A stretch of DNA of 61,604 bases from Chiloscyllium plagiosum (taxonomy: Eukaryota), in contig NC_057718.1 in assembly GCF_004010195.1 (NCBI RefSeq), positions 100,134,806-100,196,409 of the forward strand, given 5' to 3'. The notes beneath the pieces were generated by a model. It did not search any database, had not been told where the DNA came from, and saw only the letters and a list, made by a program, of their open reading frames with translations. Below, piece after piece: positions 37,590 through 50,817 of this stretch. Made by a program: the position numbers and the translations under genes. The stretch's first letter is position 1. Each line of letters opens with the position of its first letter.

Positions 37590-37790
37590 GTCTAGTATCC
37601 CATGACATATGAGGAACAGCAGGGGCAATATCCCTGGTGCCCTGGCCAATCCTCACCTCTCTACCAAAATGTGTTGTCAATATCTTTTGGCTGTTGACTG
37701 GAGTTGCCACATCTCCTTCATTACAGCATTTCAAAGTCACTTCTTTATGGAGTGAAGCACTTTCTGAAGTCAGGAAACATGCTACATGAG
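37590..37790 (+). mobile_element. DeuSINE 3' part, degenerate
   Basis: GAACAGCAGGGG..GGTGCCCTGGCCAAT; L2-like tail. Confidence 0.55.
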
Positions 37791-37949
37791 AATTATTATC
37801 CACTCAGCATAGTCAGTCTTCCTGGAGAGCTCCTGGAGACAGTAAGACCTCCTCCTCTTCCCTTTGTTAGCCAAGATACTTCTGTAAACCTACTGGGAGT
37901 TGGTTGTGTGAATGGAGACCAACTCCTCCACATATGTACAGAGCACCTC

Positions 37950-38460
37950 ATGTGTGAGTGTGTGAATAAGTGTGTGCATTTATGTGACTGTGTATATTTA
38001 TGTGAGTGTGACATGAGTGTATGCCCATTTACATTTGTGTGGGTGGGTGTGTATTTATGAGAGTGAAAGGGCATGTGCATGTATATTTGTGCATGTGAGA
38101 GTGTGTACTTGCATATTTGTACAAGTGTGAGTGTGACAGTATGTCTGCATGTGCATTTGTTGGGTGTGTGCATTTGTGTGTGTTTGTACATGTGAGGGAG
38201 TATGCACAAATGTGTGTATGGTCACATTGGGATGCCTGGTTGGCACAGATGAGTTGGATCGAAGGGTCTGTTTTCTGTGTTGTACAACTCAATGGTTCTT
38301 TGAGTGTGTATATGTATATTCACAAAAGTGTGTGTACATGTATGTTTCAGCATATGAGACAGTGTATGCACTTCTGTCTATTTGCATGTAAATGCATGTG
38401 TGTGTTTATATGTGCATGTGAGTTCGCACCATGGCACATTACACTGCTGTATGTGCGTAC
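37950..38460. repeat. Degenerate TG-rich tract (small CR1 tail at ~38225-38290)
   Basis: Direct inspection. Confidence 0.8.
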
Positions 38461-38614
38461 TTACATTTACACTATTTGTGATGACCATACAATGAATGAC
38501 CACGGCTGAATCATCAGATATTTCTGATATAATAACAGAACAGTCATGTTTCCTTTTCAAAATTTGCTAATGAACGTGTTACAGTGTGCTACCAAAAAAG
38601 CTCTTGTTTTATGA

Positions 38615-39490
38615 GATGCAGGGATCCCTGGCAAGGTCATTTATTTTGCCCGTCCCTAACTGCCTTGTAGTGCCGTTTCAGAGGACAGTTAAAAGTCAGG
38701 TACATTGCTGTGGGTCTGCAGTCATGCATCAGCCGGACCAGGTAAGGTCAGAAGAACTCCTTCCGAAAGGACATTGGTGAACCTGAAGGATTTTCACAAT
38801 AGTCAATGATATTTTAATGGCTGCCATTGCTGAGACTAGATTTCAATTCCCAATTTATTGATTGAATTTAGACTCTAGAACTGGTCTGGTGGAATCTGAC
38901 CTTGTATCCATGTCAGTGTTAGCTCGGGTCTCTCAACGATTAGCCTCACGACACTATCATTCTCTCACCGTCTCCCACTTGCATCATTGTAGTGCCTTTA
39001 GTAAACAACATTTGACAGCAAACCACATAGAGAGATAGGAGGAATATTTGAAGAGGGAGCTACAGGATGTTAAGAGTCACCCACATCGCCTATGCAGAGG
39101 CCAGACCAGGTCAGGACAGTAGATTTCCTTCCCTAAAGGACATTGGTGAGCAGGGTTGAAAAGCTCCGAAGGTCTGGCAGGATCTGAGGAAGGGTCACTT
39201 GACCCAAAACGTTACCTCTGATTTCTCTCCACAGACGCTGCCAGAACTGCTGAGCTTTTGCAGCAATTTCTGTTTTGATTTCCAACAGCTGCAGTTTTTT
39301 TGGGTTTTTTTTTGTGAGGCTGATGGGTTTTCCCCCTCACAACCGGCAACAGTTTCACAGCCATCATTGGTTCTTAACTGCCAGTTTTTTAAATGAATTC
39401 AAACTTTGACATCTCCTGTGGTGGGATTCGAGCCCAGGTCCCCAAAGCATGATCAGTGTCTCTGGATTAATAGCCTCATCATGACACCTC
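38615..39490 (-). mobile_element. Two SINE S1 copies, the second interrupted by a PLE family E fragment (~39150-39315)
   Basis: GACCAGGT..AGATTTCCTTCCCTAAAGGACATT; CTGAGGAAGGGTCACTTGACCCAAAACGTT at 39184. Confidence 0.7.
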
Positions 39491-40209
39491 TAAACTCCTA
39501 TACTTAGGCAGCTGCAGTCAGACTCAGAACTGTAGGCATGGATTCTTCAATATTTTGTTCGAACCACGTTTTATTTGGAGTGAAAACTCAAAAATGGAAG
39601 TTTTGGACGGGCGCGCTGAATGTTTGCTGTGTGACATTTTGGAATTTGAACTTTAAAAGTAGAATACTGCAGCACTTCAATTATTGTGTACAAAAGGTCG
39701 GGTAACGTTCAGAGAAACAGAGCTGCCTCCTGAGAGGTAAGATGGATTGCTCCTATGATAGACCAACCAATGGAAGGAAATAAAGGCAAAATACTGTGGA
39801 TGCCGGAGATCTGAAATAAAAACAGAAAGTGTTGGAGAGACTCAGCAGGTCAGGCAGTGTCTGTGGAGAGAGAAACAAGAGTAAAAATTTTGAGTCCTGT
39901 ATGAAACTTCTTTAGAACCCCTGAAGGGGTTATGCAAGGATACATTCTTCTCTCTCCCATTCTCTCTTTGAGGAAAACACAGATGTTCAAAGACTGCTTA
40001 CTCAATGAAAGCCCCAAGACTAACTGACTGCTTCCACAGACTGAGAATCTTTCATCACCCTGTGACTGTTAGCATCATGATCTTGCCAAGGGAAACCGGA
40101 AGAGCTGCGAGAGAGTCACATCATTCTAATTTTGTGGTTGATCTTGATCCACAAGGACTTTTCTTCCCTTTCTGTCCCACCCAAAATATCTCTGTACGTT
40201 GTACATCCC

Positions 40210-41175
40210 AGTCTGTGGGAGTGTGTATGTGTCTGTGTGTGTGTCTGTGTCTGTGTGGGTTTGTCTGTGTATGTGTGTTGCGTGCACATATGTGTCTATG
40301 TACGTGAGTATGTGTGTCTGCCTGTGGGTGTGGGTGTGGATGTGTCTGTGTCTGTGTCTATGTGTCTATCTTTCTATAGGTGTGTGTCTGTGTCTATCTA
40401 TGTGACTATGTGGGCTTGATCATTGCTCATCATCTCATTATAGACTGACCTAGGCTGGACGTGGCAAGAAAGTATCTTGCCGCAAACTTATATGTTTGTT
40501 TGAAAATCTCAAACTCTTAAGCTTTGTCCCTTTGTTGCGGTAACCACATGCTCATTGCCAATTTGCTCCTTTCTTTCCAACAGTGCATCAAAGCCATGTG
40601 GTTGAATGGTGACAGTATGGAAGGCAATAATTGTGTGGATCTGTCTTTGAGGCAAAAGTGCAGCCAGTGAGGATAAACCGTTGCCTTGAGCAGTAGCATG
40701 CAGATTTAACATAGCTGTCTGAGAATCTTAGCAAGTCTTTTTACATTTAACCAATGTGGATTTTACTATATGTACAATACATGCAGTGAGATTGTTTGAC
40801 TGAGATAGTTAGGAGAATAGGCAATATGTTGACCATCCCACTTACAGCACGTGTGTGCGCCTGTGTGTGTCTGTGTTTGTATTTGTGTGTGTGTGAGTAT
40901 GTGTATGTGTGTGCATGAATGTGTATGCGTGTAAGTGTCAGTGTATATGAGACAGAGGGAGAGTATATGTGTCTGTGTGTGTGCATGTGTGTATATGAGT
41001 GTATGAGAGTGTGTGTGCATGTGTATGAGTGTGTGCGTAAGTTCTGTGTAAGTGTCTCTGTGTGAGAGTGTGTCAGTGTGTGTGCGTGCGCATGCGCATA
41101 TATGAGTGTGCATGTGTGTATGTGGGTATGAGAGTGTGTGTGTGTATGTGTTTGTGTCTCTATGAGCGTGCGTTT
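40210..41175. repeat. Two degenerate (TG)n tracts (40210-40410, 40848-41175)
   Basis: Direct inspection. Confidence 0.85.
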
Positions 41176-42847
41176 GAACTTAATGGGGATAGCTAGTTGA
41201 AGTTTGCACAGTATTAGTTAATTATCTATTCTGCCACTCACTCAAGAATAAGTTTGCCCACTTCTACAAATATCTTTTTCTCTCTTTATTGATGAAACCT
41301 GGTGAGTGTTTTTTTTAATTCTAGGTAACAGTAAAACCAAAGCAAATTAAACATCTCGGTGACTCAGTTGGACATTGACACTGCTGGGACATCACACTGA
41401 GTCATGGGGTTTGATTACCAGTGCACTCCTTCCATCTTGATTTGAAGGATGTACTTGTGGACTCCCTCTGCTGGAATATGTGTACCTGGGAGCCTGAAAT
41501 GGATAAAATACACAAAGCAGTTTTCAATAGCAGTAGCGTTGTGGCTTTGGTTCTCTTTGGTGACACAGTTAGGAGTCAAGTAATCCATGAACCAGTGACA
41601 AATGCCAACGTTTTGCAGTCAAATGTGCAAACATCTTTTTAATCCTTAAAGTCAGCTGATCTGGAATCTTGAATGAGAGACTTTCTCCTTTCCACCATCC
41701 AGAAAATGCTTCATGATTTCTCTCTGATATGGGTGTGCAGAGATTGCAGATCCATTGTAGCCTTATGGTCAGGCAGAGTCACAGCATTATATACACGCAG
41801 CACATGAAGTCCTTACAGGAGAACTTTCTTCAAGGCAAGGTATACACATAACAATTAGGAACATGGAGGACAGACACACAAACAGATCAACTGCTTTCCG
41901 GGTGCAATAACTGGTGATTTATGTGACACTCCACTGAATACAAACATCCAACCAAGTGTTGATGCTTGACATGACTGTAGCATAATTGTTCTAATTTTAT
42001 ATTGTTACCCCATTTGCTCTAGATTTTACCATCTGGTTTGTCAGTAGCTACCACATGGAATCGTTTAAACACTTCAACAAAATCATTCATCAATTTTCTA
42101 CGTGCCAGAGAATTTAGGCCTCATCTATGCAACTTGTCCTCATCATCGTAGCCTCTGAACCCTGTATGAATCTTGTGTTATCAATATCTTCTTCAATGTT
42201 AATGTATCTTTCCCCAGGTTCAGTGCACCCCTGGAAAAGACTCTGTGCAACTGACGTCTTAATTTTGGATTCAGAATCTTGTGATAAAGACCAAGTTTTT
42301 TCATTAGAAGTCACACGACACCAGGTTATAGTCCAACAGGTTTATTTGGAATCACAAACTTTCGGAACTTTGCTCCTTCGTTGGGTGAAGTGATCCTTTA
42401 CCTGATGAAGGAGCAGAAGTGACTTCTGATGTTGTCCAACATTGGCAATATCTTTTTTTTCAGTGAGCTTTTCTGATTGCATTTTCTATTCCTACACATT
42501 ACTCTTTAACAGACCTGTTTCCACAAAGGCTGAAATCCCTTTGTTCTCCTTTAACTGCCCATCTCTCACACCTTTAAGAATTTGTGCTGTCTAATCTGTA
42601 ATGATGGCAGCGAGACTGTCAATGAAACAAGTGAGTGCTGACTCTCAATCTGAACAACTCTGCATCAACCACACAAAGATGGGAAAGTCATCATTGTGAA
42701 GACATTGGGATAGGATTGGACCATCAGCCCCTCGAGCCTGCTCAAACTTACAAAGAGATTGCATCTGCCCTGTGTTTTAATTCTGTCAGACCCATCTTGG
42801 CTCTCTATCATTCCCTATCCCAAATCACCATGTCCAGCAAGATGAAC

Positions 42848-43142
42848 CTGTGTCTGTGTGTGCGTGCGTCTGTGTGTGAGTGTATGAATGTGTGTGTGTG
42901 CGTGTAAGCATGTGTGTGTGTGTGCGTGAAATGTGCTTGTGCATGTATCTGTGTGTGTGTGCACGTGTCTGTGTGTGTGGATTGTGCATGTGTCTGTGTG
43001 TGTGTGCACGTGTCTGTGTGTGTGTGTGCACGTGTCTGTGTGTGTGGATTGTGCATGTGTCTGTGTGTGTGTGTATGTTTGTGTGTGTGCGTGTGCCTTT
43101 GTGTGCGTGTGCCTTTGTCTCTGTGTGTGAGTGTGTGTGTGT
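42848..43142. repeat. Degenerate (TG)n tract with internal duplications
   Basis: GCACGTGTCTGTGTGTGTGGATTGTGCATGTG occurs twice. Confidence 0.9.
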
Positions 43143-43149
43143 TGATCTC

Positions 43150-43555
43150 CACGACTCAGTTGATAACACCCTTTTGTTTCTCAATGAGGAACATTGTGGG
43201 TTCAAGCCCCAGTCCAGGACACAGACAGTAGCATCAAGGTTGATAGACTCAGCACTGCATCGATACTGCACTGTTGGAGATGCCACTTTTCAGATGGGAT
43301 GCTCTGTCCATTTGTCTTGTATTATTTTGGAACAGATCAGGGGAGATCTCTTCCAGTGTCCTACATAATGTTTGTCCCTCATGCACCATCAAAAAACTTA
43401 TTATTTGTTCTTTGTTGTCTGTCTTTGTTCTTTGTTGCACAAATTGGCTGTCACATTTCCCATGATACAACAGTGACTACACTTTCAGACACACGTCATT
43501 GGCTGAAATGCTTTTGGCCATCCTGTAGCTATGGAAAGACACTATATAAAGACAA
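43150..43555 (+). mobile_element. DeuSINE (SacSINE1-like), near full length
   Basis: tRNA-like head (GACTCAGTTG..GGGTTCAAGCCC), Deu-domain-like CTGCACTGTTGGAGATGCC..TTTCAGATG, CAAATTGGCTG..ACAACAGTGACTACACTT, L2-like tail. Confidence 0.75.
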
Positions 43556-44894
43556 AGATAAGCAGAAAATATAGCAGTAATTCAACAGGTCTGGCAGAAA
43601 ATATGATGACATAAACAGAGTAATTGAATCTTCCTTTCATCTGGAACCATGTCTGATCTTTCCAAGTGATTCCATTGTTGTCATTAATGTTGACAATATC
43701 GTTTCGGTGTCAGTCATATAAAGAACCAAGGAATCACTTTCTGAAATTGCTGGAGAAACTCAGCAAACCATCCAGCACGTGTGGATAGAGAGAAGCAGAT
43801 TTAACATTTCAGGTGCAGTGACCCATCTTCAGAAACATCCAACCAAAAGTACAACTTGGTTGGATGTTTGCATTCAGTAGATTGTCACTTCACCCAAAAG
43901 GAAATTCACCTGTACAATTCAATCTTGTGTCTGTTCTCCAGTGCAACCTGCTCCTAGCTGTGTGTACCTTGCCTTTAAGAGAGTTCTCCTTTAAGAACTT
44001 CATGTGCTGTGTGTATATAATGTTGTGTCTCTGCCTGAAAGTAAGTCTATAATGGTACTGCAATCTCAACACATACAAATCAGAAGGGTTTCTGTAATGT
44101 CTGCTTCATGACCTTTAATGCATTTTACAGTTTTAGATAAACTAATCCACAGTTAACTGGCCCCTGAGGAATAATTGATTATGAGATCACTATTGTCAAT
44201 ATGAGACAAATCGATTGTGTGTCCATTACCTTTTTAAGCTCAAGTCAAAGGTAGGTCCTTGGTGATTATTCACTAAACCACAGTGAAGTGATGTGATATT
44301 TTAATTACAATTAGGGTAAGGAGACAGCTCCTCAGTCTATGTCAGCCAGAACAGGCATTGCTGCTCTTGATGTTAATCTAATACACACGTTAGCTATCCA
44401 ACCAAGTGAGCTAACTGCAAATCCCACACACACACACCCGCCTCCTAGTGACAGCTGGCTCTCTCATTCACTCTGCATCCTTAATGCTAGAAGCTTTGAG
44501 GAGAATAAGTAATGAAGAAAGCGACTTTCTCCCGTGGTCTGGGAACACTCCTCAGTATTTTAGTTTTTCTAATAGAGAAGGCAGCCTGGCTGATGGGGAG
44601 GTAAACGTCCTACCATCTCACCTCCACTTAACTCGTTCCTGCTCAGCTTTAAGTTTAACTTTGTCTGCATGTTGTAAAACACATTGTAAGTGTTCTCAAA
44701 TCTGAATCGATGAAATGTGTGTATCTGTGCCTGAGGTGTATATGTCTTTGTCTGTCTGTGTGTGCGTCCGTGTTGCATTAATTTAGTCCCCCACATTTGA
44801 ACAGATTTTGGCCTTAATTTTTCTTTCAGTCAGAGCATCATTGATCATTTAAAAGTTCCTTTTGTTTAAATAAAGAAAGGAAAATTAGGGCTTT

Positions 44895-45197
44895 TTAAAT
44901 TCTTACCTGGGGTGTGGGTGTGACTGTCCATTCCTAATTACCCTTAAACTGAGAGTGCACTCAGATATGGCAGAGGGAAGTTAAAAGTCAATAATACTGA
45001 TGTGGGTCTGGATTTTCCTCCTCCCAAATCATCAATGATAGTTTTCTGGTCACCGGCATTAATTTTATTTTTTCAAATTTATGAATCACGTTGAAATTCA
45101 ATCAGATATTGTGGTGAGCCTTGAACCCTCAACTCTAGACCACCTGGGCCACTGGATGACCAGCCCAACAATGTTACCAACACAGCACCATCTCCCA
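44895..45197 (-). mobile_element. SINE S1, degenerate
   Basis: GTGGGTCTGGA core, TTGAACCC B-box complement. Confidence 0.55.
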
Positions 45198-45879
45198 TGT
45201 TAACTCGCAACCATGGTAAATGTAAATGGGGCATTTGAAATTTTTACCCTCGTGCCCTGTAGTGACTGGGTCATTAACTATATTCACGGCTGAGACAGAC
45301 TGGTATCCTGTCATTAAATCACCCTTTATTTCAAAACTGAAAGAACTGCAGATGCTGGAAATTGCTGGAAAAGCTTAGCAGATCTGGCAGCATTTGTGGA
45401 GAGAAATCAGAGTTAGCGTTTCAGGTCGTGTGACGCTTCCTCAGAAAAGATTTTTAATCAGTAAGGAAATCAAGGCTTCTAGGGAAAAGGCAGGAAAAGA
45501 GGTGAGGATTACTAGATCAATGATGATTTCATTGAATATTGGATGAGTCTCAATAGGCTGAATGGCCAATCTCCGCTCCTACGTCTTATGGTTTTATGAT
45601 GAGAGATGGTAGTATAGTTTCATTTCAAACTGTATTAGGTAGATTCCAAGATGATGAATAGGGCTGGGCCTGTTTTCACGTGAAATGAGAGGCTGAGGAG
45701 ATATCTGATAAAGGTGTTTAAAATCATGATGGTCATGGATAGGGTCAATAGACAAGGTATTTTCTCCAAGCTTGGGGATTCCAAACTGACAGGGCATAGC
45801 TTTAAAGTGCAAGGGAAACTTTTCAAACAGACCTAAAGGATAACTGGTTCCCGCAGAGGGCGACGCGTGTATGGTATGC

Positions 45880-46235
45880 CTGCCTCTCTCTCTCTCTTTC
45901 TCTATCTATCTGCCTGTCACTCTCTCTCTCTCTCCACCTGCCTGCCTCTCTCTCTCTCTCTCTCTATCTATCTGCCTGTCACTCTCTCTCTCTCTATATA
46001 CGCCTGTCACTCTCTCTCTCTATCTGCCTGTCACTCTCTCTCTCTCTCCACCTGCCTGCCTCTCTCTCTCTCTCTCTCTATCTATCTGCCTGTCACTCTC
46101 TCTCTTTCTTTCTCTCTCTCTCTCATGCTCTTTCTCTCTTTGCCTCTATTTTTCTCTCTCTTTCTCTCTCTCTTTCACTCTCTCTCTGTCTATACCTGCC
46201 TGTCACTCTCTCTCTCCCCCTGTCTCCCTCATCCA
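45880..46235. repeat. (CT)n-rich pyrimidine tract with GCCTGTCAC interruptions
   Basis: Direct inspection. Confidence 0.9.
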
Positions 46236-46596
46236 TAAATAGGAAGCATTTAATGGCAACAATTCGCTGCTTGCAGTTCATGGAATTTTTTAAAGACGTC
46301 TTTTAAATTCCCTGTTTGTTTTATTGTCTCTGTGACCTAGTCTTTGCCAGGGAAGATGACTGGATGTTAAGCGATGAATGTCCCAGTAATCTCAGCAAAC
46401 TTACTTTGTGTTTTCTGAGTGATGGGAGAATACTCAAGGGTAGACATGTCAATATTGCAGTTGACAATAGAACAGTATGAAAGGGAAACTTCCATTTCTA
46501 TTGAGTCTTTAATGACCTTCAGATGTCCCAAAATGCTTTTGTGTCGCATCTATTACTATTCCCTGAAGAGATTACAGTACACATGTCATGAATTGT

Positions 46597-46728
46597 AGGA
46601 GAAAGTGAGGACTGTATGTGTTGGAGAGTCAGAATCAAAGAGTGTGTTGCTGGAAAAGCACAGCAGGTCAAGCAGCATCCGAGGAACAGGACAGTCGATG
46701 TTTCGGCCATAAGCCGTTCATCAGGAAC
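46597..46728 (-). mobile_element. PLE family A terminal fragment
   Basis: GGAGAAAGTGAGGACTG tail; decayed hammerhead 46693-46728. Confidence 0.85.
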
Positions 46729-47314
46729 GTCAGGTCGGTTAGCTCAAATGAAGTGTATCATCCCGGGTTGGAAAATTGACGATGTTCAGCAACAGATCCA
46801 GAATTTTGTGAATCACAACAAGATGGGTTCCTTGGATTCAGCTATTCTTTGGAATATGGTGCCATGGGAGAGAACAGACTTTGTCCAACATCCCATTGCA
46901 AAGATAACACCAGAAGTGTCTCGGTATGTGACAGCAGAAAATAGATGTTTACAATGATGGGTCAAGTTAAGGAAAGATGGGCGAAGATTTGAATGGAATA
47001 CTAACACTGGTATGAACACTTGGGGCCGAATGGCCTGTTTCTGTTCCATCCTATGTAATTCTAACCCAACAGCACAGCACTCCCTTGTTTCTGTAGGAGA
47101 GTATCAGACATCAATTTCTAATGCTCTGACTCAAAACATTGTGTGTTGGAAACCACACTCCAAAGAGACATTAAACACATAGTCTGACATCACATTTCTA
47201 ACCATCGCTGAGGGAGTGCTGCACAGTCTGATGTATTGCTCAGATGAAATGTCAATAGCTACACGTTCTGTAAGATTAATTTAAAGGTTCCTTTTACTCT
47301 AAGCTGAATATTAC

Positions 47315-47657
47315 AATTAGAATTAGAATCCCTGCAGCGTGGAAACAGGCCCTTCAGCCCAACAAGTCCATACCAACCCTCCGAAGAGTAACCTATCCAG
47401 AGCCATTCCCCTATCCTATATTTGCCTCTGACTAATGCGCCTAATCTACACACTATTATGGGCAATTTAGCATGGCCAATTGACCTAACCTGCACATCTT
47501 TGGACAGTGGGAGGAAACCGGAGCACCCGGAGGAAGCCCGCGCAGACACGGGGAGAATGTGCAAACTCCACAGAGACAGTCACCCGAGGCTGGAATCGAC
47601 CCCAGGACCCTGGTGCTGTGAGGCAGCATTGCTAACCACTGAGCCACCATGTCACCC
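47315..47657 (-). mobile_element. Full-length HE1-type V-SINE
   Basis: Minus: A box TGGCTCAGTGG, B box GGTCGATTCC, V-domain GGAGTTTGCACATTCTCCCCGTGTCTGCG..CCGGTTTCCTCCCAC, CR1-like tail, (TTCTAA)n. Confidence 0.93.
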
Positions 47658-47899
47658 TAAAATTGAATTCAAATTTTACCATCTGCCTTGACAGGATTTG
47701 AACCCATGCTCCCAGTATATTACAAGGGTCTCGGGATTAACAGCCCAGTGATATTGTCATTAGGCCATCATTTCCCCAAACATGTCCTATGTCCTATTCA
47801 ATATTCACCCCTCACCAAACAACACCCCCAAAACATTTATCTTTTTAGTGTGCGTGAGGTTTCTATGTGCAGATTGGTTAGTATGCTGCTCTATTTCAT

Positions 47900-48153
47900 C
47901 CCTACAGTGCAAAAGCAGCCATTTGGCCCAACGAGTCCATACTGACCCTTGGAAGACTATTCCACTCAGACCCACCCCTTGTCCCTGCATTTCCTATGGT
48001 CAATCCACCTCACCTTCGGATTGTGGGCGGAAACCCCACACAGACACGGGAAGAATGTGCAAACTCCCCACAGACAGTCACCTGAGACTGGAATTGAACC
48101 CAGATCCCTGGTACTATGAGGTAGTAGTGCTAACCATTGAACCCCTGTGCCGT
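47900..48153 (-). mobile_element. HE1-type V-SINE, internally deleted
   Basis: CAGACACGGGAAGAATGTGCAAACTCC..CAGACAGTCACC. Confidence 0.8.
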
Positions 48154-48904
48154 ATTTTGAGTGACAATGCCTTGTCCTTTCATGGATTCTGTATTGTTTG
48201 GGTTCTATCAATTGTTGTATGTCTGCATCTGTCTACATTCTGAGTCTCTACCATTTCCTGGATGGACCTTTACCAAAGGTAAGGCCCTCTCACTCTCCTC
48301 AGTATAGTTTTTACAATCCGATACTGTAGCACATGTTTTATGCCTACTCTTAACACATGCTTTGCTCCAGTCTGCTATCATGTGCTACAGTACCATTATC
48401 ATTGCATTGTCATCATTGGCACTGCAGCCTACATTAGCTCAATTGGCTGGATAGCTAGTGAGTGATACCCTCAGCATGGGGTCCATCCCTGCACTGCCTA
48501 ACATTACCATTGAAGGTCCTACCTCCTTAACCTCACCCTCATCAGAGATGGAGTGACCCTCAGGTTAAACTCATAGAAGGTAGAAGGAGGCCATTTGGCC
48601 CTTCGAGCCTGCTCCACCATTCATCATGATCATGACTGATCAGCAGCCTAATCCTGCTTTCTCCCCATAACCTTTGATCCCATTCGCCCCAAATGCTATA
48701 TCTCGCTGCCTCTTGATTACATTCAATGTTTTGGCATCAACTACTTCCCGGGGTATTCAATTCCACAGGCTCACCACTCTCTGGATGAAGAAATGTATCT
48801 TCATCTCTGTCCTAAATGGTCATCACCATTGCTCTCTCTCCAGTGGGACTAGGGTGATTTTACCTTCAATACTCTGCATTAGCAGAATGACCACACTTCA
48901 TTGA

Positions 48905-49413
48905 GTCATAGAGATATACAGCATGAAAACAGAACCTTTGGTCCAACTCATCTTTGCCAACAAGGTATCTTAAATTGATCTAGTCCTATTTGCCAGCATT
49001 TGGCCCATATCCCTCTAAACCTTTCCTATTCATGTCCCCATCCAGATGCCTTTTAAATGTCATTGTACCAGCCTCCACCATTTCCTCTGGCAGCTCATTC
49101 CACGCACCACCCTCTGCGTGAAAAAGTTGCCTCTTAGGTCCCTTTTAAATCTTTCCCCTCTAACCTTAAACCTATGCCCTCTGGTTTTGGACTCGCCCCA
49201 TCCTGGGTAAAAGACTTTGTCTATTTATCCTATCCATGCTCCTCATGATTTTATAAACATCTATGGGGTCACCCCTCAGCCTCCAACGGTCTAGGGAAAA
49301 CAGTCCCAGCCTATTCAGCCTCTCCCTATAGCTCAAACTCTCCAACCCTGGCAACATCCTTGTAAATCTTTTTCTGAACCCTTTCAAGTTTCACAACATC
49401 CATCCTATAGCAG
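48905..49413 (-). mobile_element. CR1/HER1 3' part
   Basis: KRFTRMLPGLESLSYRERLNRLGLFSL..LRGD..VYKIMR; tail at 48905. Confidence 0.92.
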
Positions 49414-50748
49414 GGCCAGAAAAGTGCCTGACGGACTGTGAAGTGTCTTGGAATGTTTTGAAGCCATGAAAGGTGCCATATAAATGCACAAACTCTGAAT
49501 CTTAAGCTTGTGCATTTCCTTTATTCGAGATGAGATCACATCGCTGACAGGTTGCAGAGAGGGAGAGGAGCACTACATTAACGAGGCTGGTACATGATGC
49601 ATCAGTGGGTAGGAGACAGGACTCGCAATTCCCAAAAATAACCAGCCAACTGATCACTATCACATTTTGTGAAAGTCTCAAAGACAGGCACCAGATTGGA
49701 AAATCAGCCCAAAAAGCATAAATCAGCGTCGAGAGGGATAGAACATTTTGCTTCATTACACACGGCAACTCATCATGAGCATTTACGGACAATGAGCAAC
49801 AACAGCTCGCATTTGCATCGAACATTTAATGTAGCAACACATGGACACCCAATTGCCTGGCTTTTCACACCAGAGAGTACCTGAAAGGCCTCACTACTGT
49901 TCATGGAGATAAACGAATCTTGTTACATTAGCACTTTCAGTATTTTTATTCGAATTATGTCAGTGTTACAATTAATATCTTTAGTACCTGCCAAGGCCGG
50001 GTCATTGAGAATATCCAAGGCTGATATCAGGGTTAATGGGAAAAGGCAGGAAAGTGAGGCTAAGAGGTATCAGAGCAGCTGTGATCTCATTGAATGGGAG
50101 ATCAGACTCGATGGGCTGAAAGGCCCACGTATGTCCCAGTGTCTTGTGCTGGGTGTGTCAGCATTCCGTGGGTTGATCAGATGGCATACAGGCATTCAAA
50201 TTAGGAGCAAGAGCAGGCCATTCAGCCCCTCGAGGGAGCCTGCTCTACCATTCAGTAAGATCATTAATGTAGGCTCCACATTTCTGCCTACCCTGATAAC
50301 ATTTCAGCCCCTTGATCATCGAGAACTGATCGACCTCCCCCTTAAACATATTCAAGGACACTACTACCACCACATTTGAAGAATTCCAAAGTCATACAAC
50401 CCTCTGTAAGAATAATAAACTCTCCTCACTTCGGTCTTAACCACGTGACCTCTCATTCTGCATTCTCCCCATCTATCAGGGTCTTGGTCGTTTCGATCAA
50501 GTCAGCCTTTACTCATCTAACCTCCATCAGATATAAGCCCAGTCTGTCCAGCCTTTCCTCATTAGACAATCCCACTGATCCAAGGAATTATCATCGAGAA
50601 ATGGACTTGGACTCAGGGAAGTTCAAGCAAATATAGATCAGATTAAAAAGCATCCCGTGATACCACATCAAGCCTTGATGACAACCGGAGCTGAAAAATG
50701 TGTTGCTGGAAAAGCGCAGCAGGTCAAGCAGCATCCAAGGAGCAGGAG

Positions 50749-50782
50749 AATCGACGTTTCAGGCATAAGCCCTTCTTCAGGA
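50749..50782 (-). ncRNA. Minimal hammerhead (family A), core intact, G-U first pair of stem II
   Basis: UC-CUGAAGA-A-GGGC UUAU GCCU-GAAA-CGUC-GAUU. Confidence 0.55.
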
Positions 50783-50783
50783 T

Positions 50784-50817
50784 TCCTGAAGAAGGGTTTA
50801 TGCCCGAAACGTTGATT
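50784..50817 (+). ncRNA. Minimal hammerhead (family A), core intact, GUU triplet
   Basis: UC-CUGAAGA-A-GGGU UUAU GCCC-GAAA-CGUU-GAUU. Confidence 0.55.

Noticed and set aside
42114..42314. Possible host exon
   Set aside because: Another minus frame reads GFRGYDDEDKLHR*GLNSLARRKLMNDFVEVFK, an ancient CR1 remnant
46616..46957. 113-aa ORF / exon ending at GTATGT 46923
   Set aside because: N-terminus is PLE repeat, the acceptor lacks a pyrimidine tract, and no homology is recognised
47585..47657. tRNA gene
   Set aside because: A/B-box head of a V-SINE, continuing into the V-domain and a LINE tail
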